From Macrostomum lignano (taxonomy: Eukaryota): DNA of 64,000 nt. Of this stretch, positions 46,654 through 57,971 are shown in pieces; the stretch's first letter is position 1; each line of letters begins with the position of its first letter. The position numbers and the translations under genes are program-made. Under the pieces are notes generated by a model, which saw nothing but the letters and a program-made list of their open reading frames with translations, searched no databases and was not told where the DNA came from. The stretch spans positions 1 to 64,000 of the forward strand of contig NIVC01001288.1 in assembly GCA_002269645.1 (NCBI GenBank), in the 5' to 3' direction.

Positions 46654-47213
46654 GCTGGTGAGCTGCTTTGCATTTAGTTTTGTGCGGCTTGAGTTGCAAA
46701 ATGCAGCGAGAATGCGCGCCTTCAAATTTCTGCCAAGAGAGCGCTGCTCTCAGTTGTCAGGGGTAACGGCAGGGCGGTAGGTAGGAGTGGCGGGTGGAAA
46801 GGGGCAGAACGCGCGCTCATTCCTGCGTACCTGCTCACAATAGCCTGGTGTACACCTGGCGCATAGCGTACACTTGTGCGGCTGAGGCTTCATGCTATTT
46901 TTTCAGCCTTAAACTTCTAAACTGCTAGGGCACTTCTAGAAATTTCTCGTAAAATTTTGTCCTTCGACGTCAGCTTGCTTAAGCTGTTCGGATAACCAAA
47001 ATACATTGATAGCTGATGCTTTTGATGCTTTACTAAGATTTTTTAATACAAAAATACATCCACTAAATTGATTTGTTGTCGGCATCTATTTTTCAATTAC
47101 AAAGATACATGATGTACATCTAAGAACCTTGATGCAAATCATCCTTTGTCTTTTCAGTATGAATGCAATGATCAACATATGAAGACAGTAAAAAAGTTTG
47201 TATTATTTATTAC

Positions 47214-47245
47214 GACTCGTTTCGCACGCCTAGGTGCATCGTCAG
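47214..47245 (-). ncRNA. Minimal hammerhead ribozyme in a short PLE-like remnant
   Basis: CTGACGA-T-GCAC-CTAGGC-GTGC-GAAA-CGAGTC. Helix I TTAATAC/GTAATAA; AATAAA-rich tail. Confidence 0.7.
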
Positions 47246-48194
47246 GTATTAAGATTTGTTGAAAGAACGAATGATAGCAACAAATACATGGAATATCATA
47301 CAGCTTTCTCCATATGTTGATCATTGCATGTATTCGTCCAACTAACGAAACAAGCAACTACCGAAATCTTTGAAACACTTGCCAGGAAAAATAATTAAGC
47401 ATGTAAATGTATATCAAGTAATTCATTTTTAATACCAATTATAGCAGTGTAGATCATGTGCCAATAATTATTACTTATATCTTATCTTAATCTTTAATCA
47501 AATTAGGTTCTTTTTAATCGAAATGTACATGTACATGTACATGTAGCTTCGCTTTACGTCCTGAGCATATTTTAAGCATCTGGATCTACACTTGCTAAGT
47601 CTTGTTTCTTGTTTATGCTTTTCATAACTTTTTATGATTTTCGCATTAACATTCAGAAGCAATCATTATTCAATGCATATCTCCATAAGCCACACCCGAA
47701 AATGGAGAATTTTATTCTCATATAGTCTGCAAAAAGCAGCATCACCCCATTTTTTCTTACTTGCTTCTACCCAGATTTTCTGCACTCCGCCCTCACTCTG
47801 AGTGCGCGCTCATAATTCAAGCTCAAGCTCTTAATCTCATTCCTTTCTCCTTCAATTTGTTTTTTCGTGTGAGACTGGGCCACAAAATAACGTACATGCT
47901 ACTTTCGTCCCAGCAAAGGCCAACCATCTCTGGCGTTGCCCTGGTTGCGCTCGACTGCTACGGCTTTACTTAACATCTATCTAACCTTGCTATTTTCATT
48001 CGCCGGTTCTACGAGCTATATGTAGTGTGTATAATTTTTTTTAATCGTAGTCTGGGCGCACCCGAACTGGTGGGCATATCAGCAAAGAGCTGAATACACC
48101 CATAAAGCTTCCAGACGGAATCAAGCACTAATTGATCTATTAATCTTTCAAATTAAAAATATTCTGAGTCGGAGCTACATAGAGATCGGGCAGC

Positions 48195-49313
48195 ATGATA
48201 TCGGTAACAAGTCTGATGGAAAGCCTGGTGGCAGTGCGCACCAAGCGTTGCCAAAGCCTGCTACAGCTGTCTCAGAAGCAATGGTCGGCCTGTCTGCTGC
48301 AGTTTGAGCAGCTGCAACAGCAGCTCTGCTGGTCAGAGACTACTCACCGGGCGGATGTGCACCCGGTAATGCGCGAGTTCGGAATCTTCAGCGGGTACCG
48401 ACACACTGGCAGAGGTTGGGGCTACTACCTACGCAGCGCCTTCCGCCTGCACAATGAGACTCTGAACTGGCTGAGCCACGCCCTGGGCAGTCTGCTGATC
48501 ATCGGTCTCGGGGCCGTCCTCACACTAAGGCTTCCGGCCACAGCCGACCCGGTGGATGTCCGACTGGCCTGGCTGTTCTGCCTTACCTCGGCACTGATGC
48601 ACACCGTTTCCGCCCTTGCCCACCTGATGCACAACCACTCCGAGCTCTCTCACTGCCTGGTGTTTTTTGCCGACAACGCCGCTGTGGGACTCGCTAGTTA
48701 CGTCATCAACTTGCTGGGCGTGGCCTTCTTCAGTTCGCACAGCTACTACAGCTTCATCGGGCCGGCCACAATGCCCACGCTTGTTTTCGGCACAATCTGC
48801 ATGTCGTCCGGCTTCAGCCTTGCACTGGCGGCCTATAGGCGGCGCTACAACCCCGCCACCAGCCTGCTCATGTTTGGTCCCTCCAGCTGCTTTCTGTTCT
48901 TTGGCCTGGCGCCCGTTATCGAGAGAAGACTGCTGAGTCCTGACGAGCCCGAAATGCTGGGAATGACACACTATTACTTGTTTTTCCTGGCCATTCTGTG
49001 CTATGCCACCTGCTTTCCGGAGTGTCTCTGGCCAGGCCGGTTTGACCTGCTGCTCCACAGCCACCAGCTTTTCCACTGCCTGGCCACGGCATCACACTGC
49101 ATGCTCCTGAGCAGCGTGTTCAGTCTGATTTCCGATGATAGTCCGCACCTGTTCAGCAAGCGCTCTAGCGAGTGGGTCTCCATGGAAACCGCATGCAGGG
49201 GCCTCGGCGTGGCTTTTGTATTCAGCGTGTGCATTGTGGCTCTCCTGGCCAAGGCCTTCCGCTACGACACCAGCTTCTCATCCAGAGCCTCGACGTGCTG
49301 CAAGGCAAACTAA
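48195..49313 (+). CDS. PAQR-family 7-TM protein (membrane progestin receptor-like), intronless, 372 aa
   Basis: DVHPVMREFGIFSGYR, AFRLHNETLNWLSH, SALAH, PECLWPGRFDLLLHSHQLFH are the conserved PAQR/HlyIII motifs, with 7 hydrophobic segments. The closest paralogue (PAQR5-9 group) cannot be assigned by eye. Confidence 0.92.
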   Translation: MISVTSLMESLVAVRTKRCQSLLQLSQKQWSACLLQFEQLQQQLCWSETTHRADVHPVMREFGIFSGYRHTGRGWGYYLRSAFRLHNETLNWLSHALGSLLIIGLGAVLTLRLPATADPVDVRLAWLFCLTSALMHTVSALAHLMHNHSELSHCLVFFADNAAVGLASYVINLLGVAFFSSHSYYSFIGPATMPTLVFGTICMSSGFSLALAAYRRRYNPATSLLMFGPSSCFLFFGLAPVIERRLLSPDEPEMLGMTHYYLFFLAILCYATCFPECLWPGRFDLLLHSHQLFHCLATASHCMLLSSVFSLISDDSPHLFSKRSSEWVSMETACRGLGVAFVFSVCIVALLAKAFRYDTSFSSRASTCCKAN

Positions 49314-49934
49314 ATTTCTTATTTGAAATTTTGTCTAACTGCAAAAATTTGCTCCCCAGATCTATTAAAACAATTACAGCAGCTCATAAGTTTTTACACG
49401 CAACATGGGCCTCTCTTATTTGCCCACCTCCCACTTCTTGCCTGTTCCACAGTTTGTAGACGCAAAGTATCTTGCATGAGGGCCCTGTTTTTGTTTTAAA
49501 AATAGCATTGAAATGTAGATGATTATTAATAAGCAAACTGGAACAGCCTCCAATCAAACATGTGCACTGAAAGTTTTTGAAGTTATCCAAAATCGATTAG
49601 GAGACAATAACTTTACACGAGCGTAAATTAACGTACATCCTTTAACTTTCTTGTTTTTTCTACCTACACTCAGTATCAACAATGACTTTTAGCACAAAGT
49701 CACTCTTTTAGATATTTATCTACGGGTTCTATTAAATACACGATATCATGATAAATACTGCTACCGGATTGTGTATACATCGACTCGTAATTTATTCAAA
49801 TCTTCACTTTTTTCGCGCACATTTACTTTTAGGTTTCAACTTTCAATTTCAGATATATAAATTATTTTTTGGTCTAATTCTGTCCAGTACTCGTATTGTA
49901 ATCGTAAACACGCAGATTAAAAAACTTTGGCAAC

Positions 49935-50140
49935 AATTCGACGTCTGACTCGACGTATCCAACGTATCCGACGTCGATGGACGTCGCTGGCTAATGAGTA
50001 TTTTAAAATTACAGAGACGTATAACGACGTCAAGCATCAGCAGAACGTCAGTATAATGTAAAAGTATCCATTCGCCGGCGATATCGATATACGTCGGAAA
50101 CGTCGGATTGCTTTACGGGACTGTACATTCTGTAGCGTAA
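49935..50140. mobile_element. GACGT-rich segment resembling an EnSpm subterminal repeat block
   Basis: About 10 (C)GACGT(A/C) motifs ending in TTTACGGG. The matching opposite terminus was not found. Confidence 0.3.
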
Positions 50141-51699
50141 TGTACTGTATGACCGCGGGACCGTGGGTTGGTGTGAGCAAGAAAATAAGCGTGAGGAAAC
50201 TCCTCTCTGGCATGCGCCCTGCCTTTATTACAAATTACTGTGTGGTTGGCACGACCCATAGAAATGCATGATCTATGGTGCAACCACCGCCAGAACATGT
50301 ATGCGAAATCAAATACAAGTACAATACAGTACGTTTAACTGCGTACTACGAGCATGTATGTGTGCTTCGTGCGTTGCGATCGATGTAGGCTACAGTTGAT
50401 TCAGATGCCGCTGGCCACAGATGAACATCCACGCTATAACGCTTCTGTAAGCCGGATGGTTTGTCAAAGGCCCCGTCGCCCAACGAGACACGGGCGCCCA
50501 ACAAGAGACAAAATAAATGTTTTGCAAAGCTAAAAGTTTATTAAAATAAAAATTCTATGCAGCTTTTACTTTAGGTCAAAAATTTTAAGTCCTGTTATTT
50601 TAATGTAATACTGGATAGGCCATCTGCATATCTTGTTATGTTTTGCCTGTCTTTTTTTCGGTGCAATGTTCACAAATTGTCCTCTAGCTGGTCGGCTCAC
50701 TGCAGGGTGATGATTTTTTGGATCTGCTTCCGATCCATGTGTCCATTAAGGGTCCATACCTCGGACCATCGCAAAGGTTAAGAATCCCTCTTCAGGTTGC
50801 ACATTATTTGGATGTCGCTCTAGACTGGATTCGGTCCAAGCCATGTTTCAGTTTCTCTCTGCCTTCCCTTGCCTCTCGGGCTCCCCAGGCACTCGGAGGG
50901 GAGTGAGTCAGCCAACCACATAGCGCCTTCCTCTCCGTTGCTCCTCCTGGCTATTGCTACAAGACGGAGCGTGTGCGCCCTCCAGAGTCTCCCTTTATCA
51001 GTTGACTACAAATGTCTCACGTTACTGCATGGAGCCGGGAGAAAACTTTTGTGGCTGCTTTAGGGGCCAACTTTTTGCTGGCCCTGAATCACTGAAGCCA
51101 AGCAACCAACCAGAGATATCTGCCTGCTTTAAATTTAAGACTTTTCATAAAAAGCATAGTAATGTGTGCTGTTAAAAATTCAGTTTTATTGAACTTTAAT
51201 TCAAAGACCAAGTGGCCCTCAGTGTTCTACTAAGCACTACCCTGAGATAGCTCGTAGCTGCTCGAGCAAGTAATTGCACCTCAGGTCGTTCGAGTTCAAA
51301 GTTTCCGTTGTAAAAAATTGTTCCTTCATACAAGCGCGGCGCATTTTTTTGTTTTTATTGTATTTTGCTTTATTTTATTGTATTTTACCACCTCTGAAAT
51401 AAATTAAATATCTCCATGAGTCCGTGCAGTTGGACCCTAAACTTCGTTGGAAAGGTAAGAGAATATTAAGCCATAGTATCAGTTCTGGGGGATCCAGCAA
51501 TCTAGCCATTGCATTATTTGCTTCACCCTTCACTATTTCCGAGCTCTTTCAACTCAACCAACCGACCAACATGGCAAATGAACTGAGGCTCTGTAAAGGC
51601 TGTAGCAAATCGAGACTTCGGCAAATCGGACCTCCAATCCGGCGGTCCTAAATGTTGCGCCTAAGTAATAGCAGGGTCCACAATAGCTCTCCACATGCA

Positions 51700-51950
51700 C
51701 AATATTATCGCTTGAAGACAGATATACTGGGGAAGTGAGTCAGACAGACAAGGCCCCCTAACCAAGTTCGTCAAAGGAAGGCGGGATGTGCAATCGGGCC
51801 CCATATCCGTTGCGTAGCCCCAGCGCCCTTTTCTCGTCCAACCTCACGCAGCCAACAAATATCGATTTTTCACCTAGAGTTTCAGTTGCCGCATGCCTTC
51901 CAAGCCTCCTCTACCCTCACCTTTCTCTCATATTTCTTACTCGGAACTGT
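51700..51950 (-). pseudogene. Possible degenerate LINE AP-endonuclease fragment
   Basis: KIDICWLREVGREKGAGA resembles the APE motif IDI..LQE.RW.G.G. Broken by stops and frameshifts. Confidence 0.3.
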
Positions 51951-53459
51951 GGAATCGATTTTTAAGCCAGCCACCCACCAATGACCGCGGTCTGGAAGGG
52001 GTCTACCGTGGCCTGTAAAATACTTGTAAAAGGAAGCAGCAGATTCCCCACAAGGCCTCCACTCCAGGCTTGGCTTGCTTCTCTTCTGATCGGCGCAGTT
52101 AGATGCAGTAAGTATGAGTATAACCACAGTGTACAATTAAAGCTCATGCCTGATGGGCCCAGGCGCTTCAAATGTCCACGTCCGATGCTTCCGGCGCACA
52201 GCGCTCATCACAGAGACGTGGTCAGTTGGAGCTCTGAACGCCGTCAGACGAATTCAGCGACACGAGGAAACCCAGATTGGCAGCTGCAGCAGCCGATTCG
52301 GTGGGGCCTTGACGCGTGCAGCAGCCAGCGGGCGGTGAGGCCTCAGCTGTGTACACGTGAAGCGCCCTCATCGAGCTGCACAAATCATCTACAGTTTTAC
52401 AGGCGTATTTCCCTGGTTAAGAGTTTTTAGCTAGCTGGATACAAATTAAGTTCAGTAACTCTTAAACTTCTGGTGCTCGATAAACTGACGCATGCTCTAC
52501 ATAGCTCCAAAAATGCATTTAGTTTGTAACTGCCTGCGTGTTTGTGTCACATGTTACATGTATGTTGATAGCATTACCTGCATGTACTGTAAGTCTAATG
52601 AGACTGAAATAAATTTTGATTGGATCCGTGGATAAATAGAACATTTCTAATAAAAAAATTTGCATTTGCAACATGATAGCTTCTGAATTAGATTCAATTA
52701 GACAAGACAACTCTCTTAATTCAGCAAGTTGCACAATCAACAGCGGTATACGTTTTGGCTCTCATTTTTGGTCATGAACCATCGGTATCATCAATATGCG
52801 TACATACTAAGGTAGTTAAACCTCCTGGCTTTGTACCAATCTGGTGTGTATTCGTAAGACGGTTCGTTCCGTCTAATCGTATATTTGTGTTAACAAAAAG
52901 GAGCGGAAATTATTCGTTATCGTATGAGCCCTTGTCTCGCTCCGCTCGTTCGTTAGTTAATTCCATTTTCCCTAGTGCGCCCAGCTCTTTAGTAACTGTC
53001 TGGGTCTTCGAGAATTATGACCATAGATAGTTCAATCGCATGCGTAAAAGCTCACAGTTAAAATCCATATCACAATCCTACATGTATATGTGACATACAA
53101 AAAATACCTGGCACGCAGATCAAATGTACAAACTTTATCCATGTAAACAACCTAAAAGTGAGATGCATTTAAATTCTGACGCAACCAAAATGTATTTGAA
53201 AGTCTGCGTTACCGCTGCGATTGAAGAATGATATTAACTTGATCTAGGCTCAAGTCGCATACCAAGTCAGTAATAATTACATTCCCTATCGAAAAATGAA
53301 TTTAATCAAAAGTTTGTTTTCGAAAAACTGCTTATACTCGTTGTGACGTTGCTAGTTTAAATGGTCCCGCAAAAGGGCCGTTGGACTATAGTTTCCCTTG
53401 CAATTTCTCATTTTAATTTCTCCAATAGTTTATTTTAACGTTTACTTATAGTAGCGTGC

Positions 53460-54170
53460 AAATAATCTGTATCAACTGCTAATTCACTGTGTATTTGGTA
53501 GGCCTTGCGCTCATCTGTGAATTTTGGCACGATCGATAATTTCAAGTTCTCTCGCCAGCCAATGAAAACTCTCCGTGTTTTACGCTACCCCCTTTTGCGC
53601 TCTTTATTAACCCCCGCCTGGCGGCGGGCTGGGGGCCTCCTCACTTCGCGGCTCTTGTTTTCCTTCTCCTGCCTTCTGTCTCGAGCCTCCTTATCTCTCG
53701 CCACGGCTCCTCTGTCTGGGCCAGCCTGTTTACACTGCCTGCCACTGTCTGCCACGGCTAACGCCGATCTCACCACTACGCATCTGCCTCTTCTGTGCTC
53801 ATCGCCGCTACTCACCACGTTGCATCGCCTTGCATCACTCGCCTACCACTCGACTACAATTTCTAATTCACCTTCAATTCAAAACCATTGTTGCAGCCGC
53901 CAGTGTCCCAAAAGCACAATACGAGCTAAGTTCTGTATTAGCATTAACCAAATTTGAATACTGATCTCAACAATAAAACAACTACGGCAGTTGCCTGCCT
54001 TGTATGCCAAGTGCTCCGCTACACAATCCGCTTATCAAGACTTGACTCGATTCATTTTGGGACTACGACTTACGACAACTCTCGTAAAACGGCCCTTCTA
54101 AGGGTCATAGCCTCTACGCCAATAACGTGACACTCGTATTCACGCTTTAAGAGAATATTCAGTGTATAAT
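53460..54170 (+). mobile_element. Possible solo-LTR-like repeat, related to 8480-9245
   Basis: Same colinear similarity blocks as listed for 8480-9245. Confidence 0.35.
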
Positions 54171-55139
54171 GCAGAAGGGTAAATAATAGACGTTCAGCAA
54201 CAAATTCCGCCACTACACACGAGAATACGAGCGTACAGGGAAGTAAACTCCAGAGTTCTCATATATTTTTGCTTGCAGACATAAATACGCATTTAAGAAA
54301 AATTAGGACAGAAGATTGAGACGTGGAGAAGCAAGAGAATTTTTTCAAAGCGATCGCAGAGATAAATAGGAGCAGCTTAAATACATATCGTGTGTGGCGG
54401 AGTACTTGTATTTAGGATTAGTTTTAATATTAAATAAATAACTGTTGTAATAATAATTAATAAACTCGTGTATTATTTTGAACAAAACGAACTAATTTGA
54501 AATTTTCTTGTGGTTTGAACTCGAAAAACAAGTTTTTAGAAATAAAAATATTTTACGGATAGTTAAAAAGTGTTATCAAATTAACAAAACATGATAATCA
54601 GTACTAGCGAACGTTATAATTTCACGGCTAGAATATTGCGCTATAGCAACGCCAACGGTAGTAAATTCGGCACCCTAGAGGACATTCTGTTTCTCAAACT
54701 TAGCAGATCTTGTCTCTGTGCCATTCTTAGCAGATCTTCTCAATCTGCTCGGTTCTTGCAGGATCTTCTAAGATGGGAGGTACATTTTTTGTTATTCATT
54801 TGGCTAAAGTGTTCTAGCTGAACTATATTTTATTTTATGACAAAACGGGACAATAAATTTAAGAAAATATGCTATTCGAAGCTATAAAAGGATATAAAAG
54901 CTAAGATCTTGTACCATGTAGCAAGTCGCCCAGATCTGGTAAGTTTATCTAAGCATTATTATAGCAAAGATCTTGCACGTTCTTGAAAGTACTTGCGCAG
55001 CAACCCAAGAAGATGGACAAGATCTGCTAAGAATCAACAAGCCACAGCTAGATGTCTTCTAGGGCATTAGAAACCCACAGCCCAATTAGTCAGCTCTTTC
55101 TACTGGGATCTCTCTACTGAGCAAGTCATCGAGATAAGT

Positions 55140-56655
55140 TCAGGTGCAGCGCCATTGGATGGTGTAGAAGAAGAAGGCCTCCAGAGCAAACACCGTGCCG
55201 GCCGTAAGCAGCCACACGCTGTAGCCGCCATAGCTGTAGTGCCGTGAGTAAAGCCCCAGCGATATCAGCAGCGAAGCGGCTGCGGGTGGGTGGGGGATGA
55301 AGCTATTGCTTAGCTGCGTAGGCTGACTGATTGGTAGAGGGCAGGCTGAGTGATGGATAGAAGGCAGGCTGACTGATGGGTAGAGGGAAGGCTGAGGAGA
55401 GCAGGCTGACTGATGGGTAGAGGGAAAGCTGAGGAGGGCAGGCTGACTGATGGGTAGAGGGAAGGCTGAGGAGGGCAGGCTGACTGATGGGTAGAGGGCA
55501 GGCTGAGGAGGGCAGGCTGACTGATGGGTAGAGGTCAGGCTGAGGAGGGCAGGCTGACTGATGGGTAGAAGGCAGGCTGAGGAGGGCAGGCTGACTGATG
55601 GGTAGAGGGCAGGCTGAGGAGGGCAGGCTGACTGATGGGTAGAGGGCAGGCTGAGGAGGGCAGGCTGACTGATGGGTAGAGGGCAGGCTGACTGATGGGT
55701 AGAGGGAAGGCTGAGGAGGGCAGGCTGACTGATGGGTAGAGGGCAGGCTGACTGATGGGTAGAGGGCAGGCTGACTGATGGGTAGAGGGCAGGCTGAGGA
55801 GGGCAGGCTGACTGATGGGTAGAAGGCAGGCTGAGGAGGGCAGGCTGACTGATGGGTAGAGGGAAGGCTGAGGAGGGCAGGCTGACTGATGGGTAGAGGG
55901 CAGGCTGAGTGATGGAATGATTGACCTAGAGCAGGCTGATATTGGGTTGAGGCTGAATAGTTGGCTACTAGCGGATGAAATAATACATGAGGCTAATGTT
56001 TTGCAGGCTACAAACGAGAAACAGTGAGCAGTGACGGGAGTGAGCAGTGACTAGAACAAATTTTGCAGGTCGGCCTCCAGCAAATTACTCTCACCTGACA
56101 GCAGGCAGCAGATGAAGCACAGAAGGTGCATGGCCCGGCTCAACTTAAAGGTGTTGGACGCCACCATGAGGATCTCCATGAGCAGGCTGAAGCCAAGCAT
56201 GGCTACCCCAATTATAGCGAAGGCCTTGATAGTGTTGGCCCATGCTGAAAATTGAGCACACACAGGCTTTGGAAAATCTGTCTCCTAACTACGATACGAG
56301 TATCACAAACACCTAAGCAGATAACTAATCACTTATCAAGACCCTTCTCCATTCTTAAAAACAAGACATGCATGGCATAGTCCTGTCATTTCCTATACTA
56401 TACTCTACCTGGCCTAAGACTGAGTTTTTTAAGCATAAAATTTTCTTTGCATGCTAAGCTAGCAAAGGGCCGAGAAATTGTATAAACTGTGTCAGGGCCT
56501 CCCAAGAGTCCGAACTCACCCTCATTGGGCAGGTCAAAGAGCCCGCCAGAGCCAGACTGCCAGGCCCGGGTCGCACAGGAAGCGATGGAGCAGGCGATGC
56601 CGAAGCACAGCGTTATTATGGTGATCTGGTGAAAAGTTATCCTGGGAGCCGCCAT
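55140..56655 (-). CDS. Claudin/PMP22-superfamily tetraspan protein, 3 exons, 141 aa
   Basis: Exons 56520-56655, 56095-56244, 55140-55279, phases 1/1 consistent. TM1 followed by WQSGSGGLF (W..GL[WF] motif), four hydrophobic helices, and YS.WL near TM4. Confidence 0.8.
55320..55912 (+). repeat. Compound 23/14-bp minisatellite in claudin-like intron 2
   Basis: GGGCAGGCTGACTGATGGGTAGA and GGG(C/A)AGGCTGAGGA units interspersed. Confidence 0.92.
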
Positions 56656-56869
56656 GTCAGTTCCAGATCCGAGTCTGACTTTGTTCTGCAAAGGCAAATT
56701 AACTTTTGTTCTAAATTATTAGATAAAGTTGAAGTTAAGTGTCGCGGTGTCAGTGCAAGCACGCGGGCAGTAAAAAATGAAACAAGTACAATGCGAATGC
56801 AGGAGAGGCCCACGTGGCTCCATGCGTACATTGTAGACAGTACAAGTTTGCAGTTTAGGTTGTAAACTA

Positions 56870-57900
56870 GCAATCAGCGCCCCCCCCGTTGGGGAGCCAA
56901 AAAAATGCAGTAAAAGTTTTTTTTAATAAACTACATGTAAGCGTCTCTTTGCATTATACCTTGTAAGCCTTGACATGTCAGAAAATCCCCCCACAAGCCT
57001 TAGCATATCAACCCCCTTGACATCTTAGCAATGCCCCATAAGCCTTGCAATCTTAAAAAATTTGTCAACCTTCTAACCCTAACCCTAGCCTAACCCTAAA
57101 GCATTGACATTTCAGTAATTCTCTCCAACAGTCATTATAGCACTACAGCATTATAGCGATTCCCTGCAAGCCTCGACATCGTAGGGATTCCCAAATGAAT
57201 CTCTTAACTTCGACATGAAGCTTCTTTTATTTTTTACATTACGCTTTTTCTATCAGCGATCCCTCCCGTGAGGAGCCAACAAATAATGAAAAAAAGTTTT
57301 CAATAGAATACATGTAGCTTCTGACTTTAGCCTTGACATCTCATTTATTCCCCCATGAGCCTTGACATCTCAGCTATTCCCCCTGTGAGCCTTGACATGT
57401 CAGCATTCAGCAATGCCCCCCCATAAACCTTGATATCTGAAAAATCCCATGTTAACCTTGAAACCCGCTAAAATCTAACCCTCAACCCAAACCTGACCTA
57501 AACCTAACTTTAACCCAACCTATAAAAGCCTTGAAATCTCAGCAATTCTCCCCTAAGCCTTGACAATTTAGTGATTCTTTCTTCAAGAATGACAGCACTA
57601 TAGCAATTCCCTCCAAGCCTTGACATTGTAGCAATTCCCAAATGAATCTTTTAACTTCGACATGACTCTTCTTTTATGTATACATAGTGCTTCTTTTCTT
57701 TTTTACATGACTCTTCTTCTATCAGCGCCCCCCCGTGGCGAGCCAACAAAGAATGTAATAAAAAAATTGAGTAAAGTACATGTACTTTGAAGTAGCTTCT
57801 GACTTTGCTTTGACATCTCAGAAACCCCCCCCCCCGTAATCTCAGTTATTCTCCGTGAGCCTTGACATCTCAGTAAGTCTCCCCAGCACAGCACAAAAGC
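56870..57900 (+). repeat. Degenerate about 380-470-bp repeat (about 2.5 copies) with internal AGCCTTGACAT motifs and telomere-like hexamers
   Basis: ATCAGCG..CCC..GT...GAGCCAA restarts at about 56872, 57253 and 57721. AACCCTAACCCTAGCCTAACCCTAA at about 57076 and a degenerate copy at about 57475-57520. Confidence 0.65.
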
Positions 57901-57971
57901 CTCATTAAATTTTTACATGACACTTCTTTCATGTCTGACATTTTTTATTGTCACTTGATTTTTGATGTCAA

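Noticed and set aside
50700-52430. Several 60-150 aa ORFs in moderately GC-rich DNA
   Set aside because: No splice-consistent model or clear homology; probably decayed retroelement sequence.
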